A stretch of DNA of 20,000 nucleotides. It comes from Catajapyx aquilonaris (Eukaryota). Under the pieces are notes generated by a model. That model searched no databases, was not told the DNA's origin, and was given only the letters and a program-made list of their open reading frames with translations. This document shows positions 1 through 12,438 of this stretch, one piece after another. Numbering within the stretch: position 1 is the stretch's first letter; every line of letters begins with the position of its first letter. Position numbers and translations under genes: made by a program. The stretch spans positions 56,083-76,082 of the forward strand of contig KZ538405.1 of assembly GCA_000934665.2 (NCBI GenBank), written 5' to 3'.

Positions 1-121
1 TTTGTCATGAAGCCCCCCCAAGGCTCGTCGGTTGATATGTCACACCGACCGACGGATTTTTTTCCACTCGGGTACACCCCAACGTAATCAGTCGGGGTGT
101 CGCATTTCGAGACTAGCCCAC

Positions 122-138
122 CACACACACACACACAC
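122..138. repeat. (CA)8 microsatellite
   Basis: cacacacacacacacac read directly. Confidence 0.85.
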
Positions 139-639
139 CCACACGAAAAATCCGGTAATCGAGTTCTCTGTACGTTGAGAGTCGTTGAGTCCGTTTCAAT
201 CAGGACACACATGATATGGTTGGTGTCCGGTTGAAAAAGTCAGGTCACGACCTTTCCTCTCGTTTTTTTTTTTTTTTTTGTGTAGGCATATACCACACGA
301 TGCGATCCATTAACTCCTTTCATCAATTCTAATGAAGGGCTAGTTTCACCGAGCTCAGCATAACTTATAACCTCGGTTATAAGAAGAATTATTGTCATAT
401 AGAGCAACCATTGTTGTCAACAATTAAAACTGATTATTTTTCCGCGCTCTCTTCGTCGCGTATAGTAAAGATCAGCTCATGAATCACGTCGAAATGAATA
501 TTTAAATATTAAATATATAGTTTAAAAGACACTGCCATTAAATTTGATGAGTATTTTTGATTATCGTACGCTTTTTTTTTTGGGATTGTTATCCGGTCAG
601 ATTTATTCCACGCCCGGTATTTTTTTTAATGCTATCGGT

Positions 640-647
640 TATCGATA
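640..647. promoter_or_regulatory. DRE-like palindrome TATCGATA about 1.5 kb upstream of the MAST start codon
   Basis: Exact match to the DREF-binding element known from insect housekeeping promoters. Single copy, so function is unproven. Confidence 0.2.
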
Positions 648-2160
648 TCGGATTTTGCGAAATTGCTCTCTCGCTCGTTTTGGCTTTACGTATGCTGTAA
701 TTTCGCGGAAACTTTTTTTTTTAAAAAAAAAAATCTCTTGAGCCAAGCTGCAAATCGCGATTTGAGCCATTGCAATTTTTTTTCTTAATATTTAAAATTT
801 ATCAATTAAAATTTTGCAATGGTGAGAATTGCAAATCGATTCTTTTAAGCCCCCTTCCAGCGACCAAAAATGTGTCTTTATTAAAATGCCTGCGTCGCGT
901 CTGGGAAGCTTAATTACTAATTACTGGCAGTCACTTAATGATAAAGGGAAAAGCTCATTACCCGACGAAACTAGTAGACATATTAATTAAGGCACATTTT
1001 GTATAAGGAAATCTGCAGTTTCACTCTCTCTTGAGGTCTTGTTTTGGTTACAAACAAGTTATATATGAACTAACTGTTTTGGGCAGCTTTGAATGACCTC
1101 ACTCAAGGCCAAATATCTCAAAGTGATTTTTTTGGGGGGTACTGTGTGGGTGCCAAGAGATATGTGGGCTAAGGTTAGCAGCTGCAGGGTGTGTCATATT
1201 GGCCTCAAACTGTTCGTAGAAATAATATTAGATGAACAACTAGAAAAATATTAGTTTCGCTCGAATTTAAAAAGGGGGCAGGCCTACATAGCCACTCGCT
1301 TCGCTTTTTTCTAGCCCTGCGGCATGCGGTGGTGGAGGCCATAAACTCGGATAATCTGAAAGTGGTTGGAGATACCGTAAAAATGAGCTTTTGGCTGATT
1401 TGTATACACAATTGTTCAGTATACATTTGTATTGTTCGCTGCATGTTTGATAAGCATAGTATTTTTTAAAAACATGTAAACAGTATACGTAGGTACACCT
1501 TTTTTTTTTTCTGAGGAAGTTACTCAAGTCATGATCTGGCTTGGTGCCAGGTGACCTCCTCAGTGCGTCTCTATATGCATATGGAAAGGGCGGGGATTGG
1601 AGGTGTGATAGCCCGTTTCCTATGAATTACATAAAGGCTTATGACGTGCGTGTTTTGCTTTGACCAATTTTGGGGGCTCAGTCAGTGTGATGGTGACAAG
1701 CTAAATGGGAATGGTACGTATGTGTCTTCCAACATTTTTTTTTTTTTTTTTGCGAAAACTGATGGGAGAAATTATAAGCTTTTTTAAAAGTGGAGGTTAT
1801 GGTTGTTGGTGCATCACATTTGGATTCACACTCTGAGCATGTGCATGGAGGCGTGGACCGTTTCCGGACGGAAGTTTGGGCAAAATGCCCATGTTTTTTT
1901 GAGACACCTTGTGTTTTGTCGTAACCGGGGCAATCCTCTTGCGCAACCTTGCAAAAGAAGAGATTCGCATCTTTTTTGCCTCCATGCCGCTGTACGCATT
2001 TTGGCCATCTCCGGAGATGAGTCAGTTGGTGCGACGGTAGAGGACTTGCAGGGTTGTAGTACTTGTGAGGTGACAGATTGCATGGGTCCGCAGGAGTGCA
2101 ATGAGCTAGGAGGCCAGCCTGTGCATGGCGGGTTGCAGGGAGGTTTGTGGCACTGGCGCC

Positions 2161-5100
2161 ATGGCGTCAAGCAGCAGCGAGAGTGCCGCTGCGGCCGCAG
2201 CCGCCATGGACGCATGTCTGAGGAAGGGGATGTCGCGGAGCATCAGCGACACAACCCTGCGACAACCCAGACCCAACCTGACCTTGCCTCTCCCTTCCGT
2301 CACCTCGCTCATGCAGTTCAAGGTAGGAACGCTCCTACCGTAGTGTCCAAGCAGAGGTGTTCATTGCATGCTTGTACATCCAACATGTTACTAACTCCTC
2401 CGTCCACTTACAGAAGGAGTTGAGTCTTTCACGAAGAGGTAGTCGAGTAGCCCAGAGGAAAAGTTTCATCGCCAACACCTCGCCAACATTGCCGAGATGC
2501 CATTCACCTGCTTCAGGTTGGTATCTTGTGAATCTTTGCACCCGTGGTACATTTGTGAGTTAAACGATTTGTCCCTCCACAGTGGGAAGCCCTCTCGAGA
2601 GCCCCAGGATGTCACCAAGCCAACACTTTGCATTTGCTTCCGTGAAAAGGTGAGTTGTGGCAAGGTGAAGTCTGGACGTGAATCTGACATTACTATTTTT
2701 TCCCAGGGCGGACGGACGGAGATGGTCTGTTGCGTCACTGCCATCCTCAGGCTACGGCACCACACCAGGGAGTTCAAATGTTTCGGTACGTATCTCTTAA
2801 CATCGCGCACAGCCTATTGCGACGGAAAACTCCAGACAGTTTTGAAACTAATTATCTCGCAATTTGCATGAAAGGGGCTTGCATGCATAACGCACTTACA
2901 GTATTCAAATCAGTTTGCCCGGGACGTGCGTAGAGGAAGTCAATAGTTGGATTAAGATATTGTGGGGCTTCATTAATGTTTCCCTGGCAAAGTTCATACA
3001 ATCCCTCGTTAAGCAAACTTTACCGTTTAGATAATAAATATTCCAAAGGCTTCCCGGGTGGGTTGGGACTGAAGACTAACAGCAATGAATTAAGCACAAG
3101 TCAATCAGGAGCAATATTAATTAGTTGGGCACTAATTATAGCGGTAAGCCTTAGTTCCCATCTAGCATACCGGTGAAGTGAGCCATATTTATCAACAGTA
3201 CGTCAGACTTAGAGTAGCTTTTGTAGCGACAAGAAGTATTTCTTAGTTAGACTCTAGAAATTTTATGCGATAGATATTTAACGTTCAGAGTAAATGGCCA
3301 TTCTGTGCAAGACGTTGTTATCATACATTGTGATTACCCATTGTGGTGATTGTGCAATTTCTTGTTCGTGCAACGAGATCGTCTGTCACCGAGATTATTA
3401 TTGTGTTATTAACGGAACTAACAACGAAATGCTGCAGACGTCGCTTGAATTATAAGCGACTCACATCAATATCTCTCCGGTACGTCGTACGCAGAATGGC
3501 AGTAGCGATTAGTATTTAGCATGCGCCCAAGTTACCTTGCGTATAATTTATATTTAATTATGATTTTTTTTTATTTGAGCCCCATGAGGGGGCCTGTTTT
3601 TAATTTTCAGTTACAAATCTCCCTTTTGGTTTTGGTACCCTGTGTTTCTTGAAAGAATGATGTGGTCACCCTTGCAGTCACAGTGCTCCAGCCAGGAGCG
3701 GCTTCACCAGCTGCCACATGCACCCACAACGGACGAGCTCAGAATGCTCACCCGACACTTCTCCTCCAACGAGAGCAATCCAAGCCTCGGGGAGGAAGAG
3801 GGCGTAGGAGGTGGACGCAAATCACCCCTCCACAGACCCAGGTCCAGGAGTCTCAGGTAAAACAAAAGGAGGGAAGACGAGAAGGTTGTTGTCGCTTGGA
3901 AAAAAAAAAGAAAGGAAACTATTCATCTATGTTGTCCTCCGTGGAATGTGAAGCTGACCTGTGAAGCGAAGGGTTTACTTTGAACATGCCCATCGTCTCG
4001 GATTGATAACGTTTATGATGCGCACTGTCTGACGCTCGGCAGTCGTACGGAGGAGGAGAAGCAGTTCTGCCAAAAAACATAAACTTGCTGTTGTGTATGA
4101 AAACACTTGTCGGCTACTATCGCACAAAGTTTAAATTCAAAAGATAGCTGCCGGACATCTATTGTTCAGTTGCTTATTCCGCAGACGGTTGAATGAGAAG
4201 ATGGGCAGGTTAATTTTTTTTAAACGACTCACGGCCTAGGGGCAGGAAACACTCTGCTGTTTTTTAATTATTCGCTAATTGTAAGCGGATGTGCGAAATA
4301 TTTCCTGACTCTAATCCGCTCGACTTTTTTTGTTTTTGTTTTTTTTTTTGTATAGAGAGAAAAAATAAGTCGAGGTTAAACGCCACGTAACTTTTTAAAT
4401 AATATTTGGAGTGCTGTCAGGGACGATATGATGCACATTTTTATTAGCCTTTGCGTTTTTTCAATCTGTCTTTTCCGTAGCGAGATTATTATATAACCAG
4501 GGGTTTTTATCTCTCTCTTTCTCTTTCCTGTTCCGTTTTTGCTGCCGTGGGTTCCATGGCGCGTTCTCAGCTTGGCCTGGCTCTGTATCGCCACCCTAGA
4601 GTAAGGGGCCTTTCATCCATTCGAAAAAAAATATATACTTATGAAAAAAAAATTAAAAGAGAAAAAAACAAATGCTTCCCTTTTTGGAAAATACCCACCG
4701 CATGTCACCGTTGTCAAATTTGTGTTGATTTTGTTTTATTTCGTCAAATTTATGTTTTCACCCGCAGCCTTGACTGGAGTAGTAGTGGATAGTTTGTAGA
4801 TATATATTTTACAAAAACGACATTATGAAAAAAAATAGTGTTTTGTAGGGTAGTTTATTTTCCAGAAAAATGTGGCCCGTCATACTTTCAAAAAAAAATT
4901 TTGTTGACACAACACAACTTTTTTTGTTTACTGCACTTTTTCTTTTTGCGTACACAAATTATTATTTTTTTTGGTTAGTGGTGGTGCATACAGATTTTTT
5001 CGTTTATTTTTTTGGGGTCGTTTGTTGTTGTTTCGGTGTAAAGTGCTTTTTTTTAGCTGTGTTGTGTGGGTCGCGTTGCTGGAATCACTTGAGAATCACA

Positions 5101-8100
5101 GCCGCTATTGGAAAAGCGCACGTACTCACGTCATTCCTTACACGCACTTTTGTCACTTTGCCGGTTCTCACGGAAACTGTGCGGCGACTCATTCGAAACA
5201 TGTTCTTTCGCCCGCTTTTTGCAGTAGTCCCATTCGGTCACCTGTGATCGATAATGAAATTGTGATGATGAACACCCTGTACAAGGAGCGGTTTCCGAAG
5301 GCAAGTGTGATTGTAATGCGGTTGTACAAATGCGATGCTAATTTTCCGTGTGATTTGCAGGCCACGCAGCAAATGGAGGAGCGGCTCAGTAGCTTCATTG
5401 CGGACCATCGCACCTTGGAAAGCATAGGCGACGCAGCGAGCCTTCCAGCCGATTCCATAGCAATTGCCCGATTCGTGCACCATCAGGTTCTAGAGATGGC
5501 CCGAGATTGCCTCCAAAAGTCCCAGGAGCGGCTCATAACAAGCCGATATTTCTACGAGATGTCCGAGAACCTCGAGCGACTTCTGACCGAAACGAGGGAG
5601 AAGTCACCGGATGCTGCGGCTTATCTCACAGCCGTCATTAAGAAGCTTCTGCTCGTAGTGTCCCGACCGGCCAGGCTGTTGGAGTGTCTCGAGTTCGATC
5701 CAGAGGAGTTCTACCATCTGTTAGAGCAAGCCGAGGGTCAGGCCAAAGGAGCGCAGGGGATCAAGTCGGATCTTCCGCAGTACATTATCGGGAAGCTGGG
5801 GCTGAACCGCGATCCGTTGGCGGAACTGCAGCAGGATCTGAGCCAGTTGGACAGTCCGCAGAAGAGTCAGCAGGAATCAGTGTGTACGTCAACACCGAAG
5901 AAGGACGAGGACAAGAAGATGCCGTCGGAGGAGGATTTCGATGTGGTTAAGCTCGTATCGAACGGAGCGTACGGTGCAGTGTACCTAGTACGACACAAGG
6001 AAACACGCCAGAGGTGAGCAAACTCGTTAAACCGTAATCGACAGCATTGTAACAACCTTAATTGCAGGTACGCAATGAAGAAGATCAACAAGCACAATCT
6101 GATGCTCCGGAACCAGATCGAACAAGTGTTTGCCGAGCGTGACATAATGAGCTTCACGGACAACCCATTCGTCGTTAGCATGTACTGTAGCTTCGAGACC
6201 AAGAAGCACCTCTGCCTGGTGATGGAGTACGTCGAAGGCGGCGATTGCGCTACGTTGCTCAAGAACATGGGACCATTCCCGGCGGACATGGCCAAGTTCT
6301 ACTTTGCCGAGACGGTGTTGGCCGTGGAGTACTTGCACAGTTACGGGATCGTGCATCGGGATCTGAAGCCAGACAAGTGAGCATAATTACGCCGACTTAA
6401 TGTCGATACAAAAGTGCTCATCCTCATGTATATTCCAGCTTGCTCATCACTCTTCTTGGCCATATTAAGCTGACCGACTTTGGGCTCAGCAAGATGGGGC
6501 TTATGTCATGTAAGTTTCTGAGAACCGTGCGTTTTAACGTCGACTAACTGTGCCATTGCTTTCAGTGGCGACCAACCTGTACGAAGGGTATATCGACCGT
6601 GAGACGAGACAGTTCTCGGATAAGCAGGTGTTCGGCACTCCGGAGTACATAGCGCCCGAGGTGATTCTGAGGTAAGTTTTTGCGTATATGCGTCATGTTC
6701 CGTTATGACCGGTTTTGTCTTGCAGGCAAGGCTATGGGAAGCCGGTGGACTGGTGGGCTATGGGGATTATCCTGTATGAGTTTCTGGTCGGATGCGTTCC
6801 CTTCTTCGGCGATACGCCCGAGGAGCTGTTTGCTCACACCGTCAACGATGATATTGAGTGGCCGGATGACGAGGAGTGGCAGGTTCAGCCGGAAGCCAAG
6901 ACTCTCATAGTTTCACTGCTGCAGCACAATCCACGCGACCGGGTGGGCACAGGCGGATCAGCGGAAGTGAAGGAGCATCCGTACTTTGATGGGCTGAACT
7001 GGAACACGCTGCTGCGACAGAAGGTTGAGTTTGTGCCGCAGCTGGACCACGAGGAGGACACCAGCTACTTTGACAGTGAGTGTCGTTTGTGCGATTCATT
7101 GAAATCGACACGCGATTCTGCCAATGTAGTTGGTGAAGCTTACTAACCAGCAATTTTTTCCGCAGCTCGTGTTGAGCGTTACAACCACGATGTTGGAGAG
7201 GACACGGATGATATGGATGAGTCGCCATTGTTTGGATCGTTCTCATCCTGCTCTCCTCGTTACGGCAAAGTTCAGCCAGGGCGTACCTCCTCGTCATCAA
7301 CGAGTGGCGGCGGCACAGTGGGTCTTGCAAGTAGCAGTGGAGAGGACCGAAAGCCAGTGTCCCGAGGTGATTCCGGGCAGTCCGATCAGTCGGCAGAGTC
7401 GTCGCCGTCAAACTTGGATAGCTCCGGCCAGACTCCGGACACTGCAGAAGGTCTACGGAACATATCTGGCGACTCGGGCGATTCGCCGGCCGCCTCCAGC
7501 AAGCCACTGCAGAGCACGCCAGAGTCGAGCCAAACTGAGAGCGAGGAAGTGTCGCCCCAGGTACAGCGAAGGAGGAGACTATGCAAGGAGAAGGAGGTGC
7601 TGCCCCGGTTTTCAATCTCAATCGATGACGAACACGGCAGCCTCGGGATGCAAGACGCTATTCGGGAGCTGTCGCCTGTGGACGAGACGGGCCAGCAGGT
7701 GTCTCGAAACGTGCGGATGATATCGCCCGGGATCAAACGTTCACGTGCTGTGATCAAATCTGCTTCGGCGTCCGGCCTGTCTTTGATGATACCATCAGAC
7801 GAGTGTCCACCGCAACCGATCCAAAGCCCTGGAGGATCAAGCACTGCCAGTTCCAGAGATACGAGCCCATGCCGCGAGCTAAGTCCTCTTGTAAATAGCC
7901 TCAAGCCGCCAGTCATTATCCGACGGGGTCCACGTGGATTCGGCTTCACTGTTCGTGCTATCCGGGTTTACTTCGGGGACAGTGACTTTTACACGGTGCA
8001 TCACCTAGTGATGGCCGTGGACGAAGGAAGTCCTGCGTTCGAGGCTGGGTTGCGTCCGGGTGATCTCCTAACGCACATAAACGGAGAGGCGGTACAGGGG

Positions 8101-9420
8101 CTGTTTCATACCCAAGTACTGCAGCTGTTGTTGAGTGGCGGAGACCAAGTGGCTCTCAGGGCAACTCCGCTGGAAAACACGTCGATACGAACTGGCGGGC
8201 GTAGACGTGAGCCCAGCCAGAGCAAGTTGGCACGTGCGGCGCCGCAAAGGCCGAGGCGTCCGAAGCGGGATGCGGCTGCAGACAAGCGGCGTAAGACGTC
8301 ACTGTTCCGCCGCCTTAGCAGTAAGCGGGCAAGTGCGGAGATGCAGCTGGCAGCATCAGCCGCATCGCCAACGGTGACTCCAAGTCGGAGCTTCCAATCA
8401 CTATCACGTGAAGAAGGTTCGCCTACTCGTTCGGACAACTCAGGCACTTCGAGCCAATCCAGCTCACCGGCTTCATCAGCACCTGAGAGTCCGGCTACAG
8501 CGCAAGAGACGCCTGTGGTCGCAACAACTCAGTTTCAACGCCCCTCGTCACTTCACGGACTGAAGCACAAGCTGCACTCGAAAGGCGGCGTACACTCGCC
8601 AGGTCGCCGGAAGTCAGCAGGTCACATCCCGCTCTCACCTCTTGCCCGAACCCCATCCCCATCGCCGTTACCTGCGTCACCAACCAGATCACCATCACCT
8701 CTAGCATTCCCACTGGCCCACCAACCCGGATCGTCCCTGACTACACAGGCGTACAGTCCGTCAGTGCCAACCAAGAAGGGCTTCCGTCACAAAGGCGGGG
8801 ATGCCCAGGCGACTGGTGGATCGCCGCTGTTACGTCGGGCGTTGTCCCCAGACCGGCTGCACCATCACCACCACCACAAGGTGACGGTTGCGCCACTGTC
8901 CCCATTATGCACATCCTCGCCTCCGAGGAACTCAGGTTCCTCACCCTCCCCGCCGACCAACGGTAAGGAGTTTGAACGGCAGGTGACCAGGCAGCAGGCA
9001 GTTGCAGACAACGACCAACTGCCTCGGATCGCCGAGGAGAAGGACTCACCGACTGGGGCGTCAGACGAAGCATCGCCGACAATGGCAGCTACAATCGCGA
9101 CCACTATTGCAATTGCCAAACCTGCCAAACCTGTTCCGGCGGCTAAGCCAGATGCGGCCAAACCTGCTGCGACGACCGAAGCTGTTGCGAAGGCGACGCC
9201 TGTTGCGACAGCTGCGGTGCCAGGTTTCGCAGCCACTGCCAGATCAACCGGTGCCATACCCAAAGGCACGTCGTCACTATCACGCCGACCGCAAACCGCA
9301 GCAGCTGCAGAGTCAACAACGATCGGATTCAGCAATTGCAGGTCCCGCACTGATGTCGTCAGCAGCCGGCCGCCAAAAGCATTGTTACCGAAAGAATCCG
9401 AGACCAAGACAGGGAAATGA
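2161..9420 (+). CDS. MAST: Microtubule-associated serine/threonine kinase (MAST family; Drosophila drop out-like), ~1469 aa, 12 coding exons
   Basis: Exons 2161-2322, 2414-2516, 2583-2649, 2707-2785, 3678-3856, 5225-5300, 5361-6013, 6068-6376, 6439-6509, 6566-6671, 6726-7075, 7166-9420 sum to 4410 nt and join in frame. Motifs: [66 protein letters not shown] (DUF1908); [39 protein letters not shown] (AGC kinase); [28 protein letters not shown] (~7905-8170). The ATG has a GCCATGG context. Further upstream exons cannot be excluded. Confidence 0.95.
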
Positions 9421-9544
9421 ATCGCCATCGACTTCTTCATTTTTTAAATATATCATTTGTCGACGAAACGTATTAAAAACAAAAAAAAAAGGAAGTACTC
9501 GGTTTTCTTCTCAAGACATTGTTTTGCACATAATTTATTTCTTA

Positions 9545-9929
9545 TGTACAGAGGGGGTTTGGGGGAGGTTAAATTTTTTTTTTCTTTCTGAAGTACAAAA
9601 AAACGGAAATGTACATATTGTACGTGTATAGAGAGGAAAAGAAAAAAAAAGCGACACACAAAAAAAAAAATTAAATGGTATTGTGATGTGTTTTGTACAG
9701 ACTCGAAACAATGAAAAAAAAAAAAGCTGCATTTCCGCAGGTTAACTTCCAATCTGCATTTTTTTTTTCCTTCTTCTTTCTCATTAGTTTTCCTGGAAAA
9801 AAAAAAGTGGAGCGTTGTTTTTAAACGATTGTTGTAATTTGGTTTTTTTTCCCTTCACTTACTCTTTGTACAGTATTCCCACTGGAAAAAAAAAAAAAGA
9901 TTCTCATTGGCGTATAAGTAATGTACATA
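9545..9929 (+). promoter_or_regulatory. Cluster of Pumilio-response-like elements in the presumed MAST 3' UTR
   Basis: Perfect TGTACATA at 9610-9617 and 9922-9929; near-matches TGTACAGA at 9545 and 9694, TGTACAGT at 9867. Confidence 0.4.
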
Positions 9930-10647
9930 TTATATCACGAGAGGAAAGAATCCAGAAAATTGTTGCTCTACGTCCAGACGAGTAAAAAAAAAAGGCGAAT
10001 GGTTAATTTTTTTAGTGTCCGCCATAGTTAATAAGTATTGTTGTGTAGTTCTTTCCCATGTTGCCAATTTTTTCCTGTCGACCAGAGTTTTAAAAAAAGT
10101 AGACAAATTTCTGCTGCGTTCCTGTGTTTATATAATTTTTAAGAGACTCCACCCGTTTAAAAAAATTTTTAACGGGGAAAAGTGCCAACAGCAAAGTCTT
10201 CTTTAATTATTCGAGTAATTGTTGCTGCGTTGTTCGAACGAGTGTAACTCAGAGCTTAGCTCATTGAATTATGTTGACTGTGGCGAAAATAGTTGTTACT
10301 TTCCGATTGTTGTCGTATGCCGTTGACCGTTTGTAATAACAACCGTTGCCTTTATTTTTTTTATTTTTTTTTTCCCTTCCACGAGTCCCTATGGGCCGTT
10401 TAATTTTTTTACTTTGCAAATATTTTTTTTTTCCGGTGAAAAAGTTTTAAATGTTGTTGCCAGTTTTTTTATTCGCCTCAAAATGGTTTCACAAAAAAAA
10501 AAACATAAAAATGTTGATTGTGAGGTCCAACATAGTGAGAAAATTGAGGAGAGAGGAGCTGCAGAAATACAGTGTGATTTAATCATCCGTTTACAGTTTT
10601 TCTTCGATGTATCCCGATTGTTTACAGCCGGCTTATGTTGCAGGGAA

Positions 10648-12316
10648 TTACGCAGAAGTACTCGGATCAGTTGACTTGTCATGTTTGGGAACGCATCGGA
10701 AGGACGGAATTGATGACCATTTCTGATTGAATTCGCATGTTGAATAAGCCGTTGGAAGACCCGTAATGCTCTCGTATGGCTCCTTACACTGGTACACCGC
10801 AACGCTCATGCGGATGTGAAGAACATCGTGGCATTGCACTTCGGTTCCTTCCGGTGTGTAACAACTCACCTCTTTGTTTTCCAGCACGGGTGGAGCCTCG
10901 CAGGCTATGGTATAAGGTGCTACAACAGTTCAGTGAGAATGTATGTTCAAGAAGTGTTAATACTTGCCTCGATTTATCTCGCAGATTGAGCTTGCTTTGC
11001 TGAAATACGGAGCACTGTACAGCCGTCCGTTGTCGGAGATGACTGCATAATCCGTGTGGTTGCTCCGTCCTCTGGGGTACCCTTCTGTCCATGGTCTGTA
11101 ACGAGGGTGTCAGGAATAATTGCGCTATTAACAGAAGTTTTCTTCTTACAGGATGCTGGGAGAATGATCAGTTCCGTCGGTCCATTTCCAAACTCCTTCT
11201 TCCTCATGGTCGCTCAAACCCATCCAAAACCTATCGTAATATCTGTACTTCTTCGCAATCTCGACCACCCAATTCTGCAAAAGTGGCCGAGAGCATTACA
11301 ATAGAGACTCGTAAGTGAGACAAAAAATGTAACGCACCATTTCTTCATGAGAGTTGATAGCTACCAAGTCGGCTCCGAAGCTTTTGCAATATTGACGAGC
11401 TTTGTACCACGTCTTAATCTGTTGTGACCTCAGAAAATAACAGCTTTGCGAGTCGCTTCCTTTCAACCAAAATTCGGGACATCTTGTTTCATTGCTTCCA
11501 ATCTCTGTGCATGTACGAAGGATAAAATATGAGCACATTTCATCATTTTTATTATTATTTTTAACGTCCTGCCCCGGTTTGACGGTATGTTTTGTTATTA
11601 TGAAGTCGTTTTCTATTCTTGGCATATTCTACGAAACATAAGTAAACTGTGCATTTTTAACCCCATTTTATATTCATGCAACTTACCTGATTCGCAAATG
11701 AATGGTAAGCTGTATATACAATCAGCGTCCATTAAATCTCCAGTGTTTGGATAATAAACTGCGCAGTCTTCGCTCGCTTTCCTGGATCCCAAGTTACCCT
11801 CCAGTTCTTTCCTGTGGAGATCACACAATTAGCATCCGCACTCGGATGATATTATTGTATTAATTTTCGTACAGTGCGCAATTGTAAAATTCTGAGCCAT
11901 CTATCCAAGACCAATTTCCAGTAACTCGAGTTAGTCCAATCCACCAGTCGGATATGAACTGGCCTCCTTGGATCATCGACGTTACCCATTTCTGTTGGTT
12001 AGAAAATGTATGATCTCATTTTGTTGCTTCATAGAGAAGTCATTATCATTGTCTTTACGTGCTCTTTTTTTGTGTTAATCGCCAGGAGATTTCCACCCAA
12101 CGATCGACAGTAATTGTAAGCTTCTTTCCAATTCATGTTTGCCTCGTTAAACTTGTAGCATGATATTTTGTCCGGCGGTGATACCCAGTGTGACGGACAT
12201 TGCGAACCTGACGAATCTGTTAAATGTGTGTAAATGATCACAATTATTATGTATGCCTACTTACAGTCGACTAAAGTGAAGGAGACCGACAGCAACAGAA
12301 GTTGAACCGCAGCCAT
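10648..12316 (-). CDS. Secreted dual C-type lectin domain + 6-Cys Sushi-like protein, paralogue A (~381 aa, 8 exons)
   Basis: Exons (minus strand) 12316-12265, 12216-12059, 11991-11873, 11811-11687, 11504-11338, 11274-11150, 11095-10968, 10919-10648 = 1146 nt, in frame. Signal peptide MAAVQLLLLSVSFTLVD; CTLD motifs CP..W...SCY, W.EA..YC, WWIGL, EDC..DC..FICE; second CTLD with FWMGLSD...WKWTDGT; terminal 6-Cys Sushi-like exon. Intron 7 is GC-AG. Confidence 0.88.
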
Positions 12317-12438
12317 TACACTCTTGACTACGTTTGTGTGTTCATGTTATCTGCGTTTGCAGGATGTTTGAGGTTGACCTCTTTTGTAGCCATTTATTAT
12401 TGCAATACTACTTCATTTATTTGTACATTGCTTACAGC

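Noticed and set aside
750..840. Inverted repeats caaatcgcgatttg and ccattgcaa...ttgcaatgg
   Set aside because: Short arms in AT-rich sequence, no TSD; could be chance or a decayed MITE.
1239..1314. Helitron/MITE-like fragment (ctagaaaaa...ctcgcttcgct...tttttctag)
   Set aside because: Termini are short and low-complexity, so the call cannot be supported without copy-number data.
1803..2423. 206-aa ORF and overlapping ORFs upstream of MAST
   Set aside because: Out of frame with the MAST exon and crosses a clear intron; no recognisable motifs.
4557..4601. Alternative MAST first exon (ATG...AGA|GTAAGG)
   Set aside because: It would end in phase 0, whereas exon 6 needs phase 2; no other support.
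6905..9631. Long antisense and alternate-frame ORFs (238, 196, 187, 191, 209 aa) over the MAST last exons
   Set aside because: Expected shadows of a GC-rich, low-complexity coding exon.
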